Positions 63,031 through 64,000 of a stretch of 64,000 nt of DNA are shown here, piece after piece; positions within the stretch are counted from its first letter, which is position 1, and each line of letters starts with the position of its first letter. The notes under the pieces are model-generated. The model saw only the letters and a program-made list of their open reading frames with translations. It had not been told where the DNA came from and did not search any database. The translations under genes and the position numbers were made by a program. The DNA is from Dipteris shenzhenensis (Eukaryota), in assembly GCA_047967505.1 (NCBI GenBank), contig CM106538.1; one strand, 5' to 3'.

Positions 63031-64000
63031 GTTCATGGTAAAGGTATGCTATTAGAGGGCTATGTTGGCCCTCAACCTTCCTACCAAAATAGGGGTTACA
63101 AAATGCTTAAGCAAAGAGAGAAATATTGCTATGTAAGGTGCTGTAGGAGGATAATCATGCTAAATCAAGAGAGACAAAGAGAGGAATCCAAATGTCCCAT
63201 GCAATTTAGCCCAAACACTTCCTCTATTTTCAGATCCCGATAATAACAAATTACATGCCTTTTATTAGCTAGAGCCCAATAGCTCTTTTCCCCTTCTAAT
63301 GATCCAGTCAATGGCCATATTCCCTCCAAGAGTCACATTGCATGCCCTCTTTTTGCCGCTTTCTTGCACCTTGTTTTTTTGCCCCTTTCCTTTGTGTTTT
63401 TTCAATCTTTCACCGGCCTCTTCATAGTCATCTTTTTCCAATCTTTATCGGCATCTTTGTCCTTGCTCTTCATACGTTGGTGTTAGCACTCTTTGGTCTT
63501 CATTGTTAACCCAAATTTCTTCAATGCTAACACTCTCTAAGTACTTTAGATGCCCAATGAATGGACACCACATAAGCATGGATGAAGCATTAGTAATAAA
63601 GAATATGTAGGTTACTAGGTTGTTTGCACTAGCTCAAATAGCCCACTAAATCTCATTCATGCTTCTCTTGAGTTTTGGGGTAGGACCAAACTTCAAGCTT
63701 GGGCTTGCACACACTGCTACAATTACATTGTTGAACTTCTCATGCAACCACGTTCTTGCAATTATGCTAGTGAACTTCTCATGCAAAGAATATTTGCAAT
63801 TATACTTCTTGGAGGATAGTAAAATAAGAAATTTACATAAATAGGCAAAACGCAACTCTAGCAAAACTCTACAAAAATACATAGCACAAATACTCAACAC
63901 TATTTGTATGTAGGAGGTCTCTCATTGAACTTACCTTTTGGTATCCCCTCTACCTTTTCCTAGGAAGGAGATATGAGATTTAAATGAGGATTCTCCTATA

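Overview
Eukaryotic, repeat-rich land-plant genomic DNA. A large-genome seed-free plant such as a fern is my inference from gene structure and TE content, not something the sequence proves. One intact host gene can be fully reconstructed on the minus strand: a 9-exon PH-RCC1-FYVE-BRX (PRAF/RLD family) gene, CDS 40875->9027, 3435 nt / 1144 aa, with all eight introns GT-AG and phase-consistent. Three introns are inflated to 6.2-13.7 kb by transposon relics. A CpG-rich ~3.3 kb region upstream (41-44.2 kb) looks like a long leader/promoter with uORFs. The rest is mostly degraded mobile DNA: RTE and L1/Tx1 LINEs, a structurally complete gag-only Copia LTR element (TSD, PBS and PPT present) nested in an older gag relic, a Gypsy gag-protease relic, a hAT-type MITE, a MULE-like transposase relic, LTR fragments and many microsatellites. 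The most unusual signal is two distinct Penelope-like RT relics resembling the Naiad/Chlamys group (RT at the C-terminus). All protein assignments come from manual motif reading; no database search was run.
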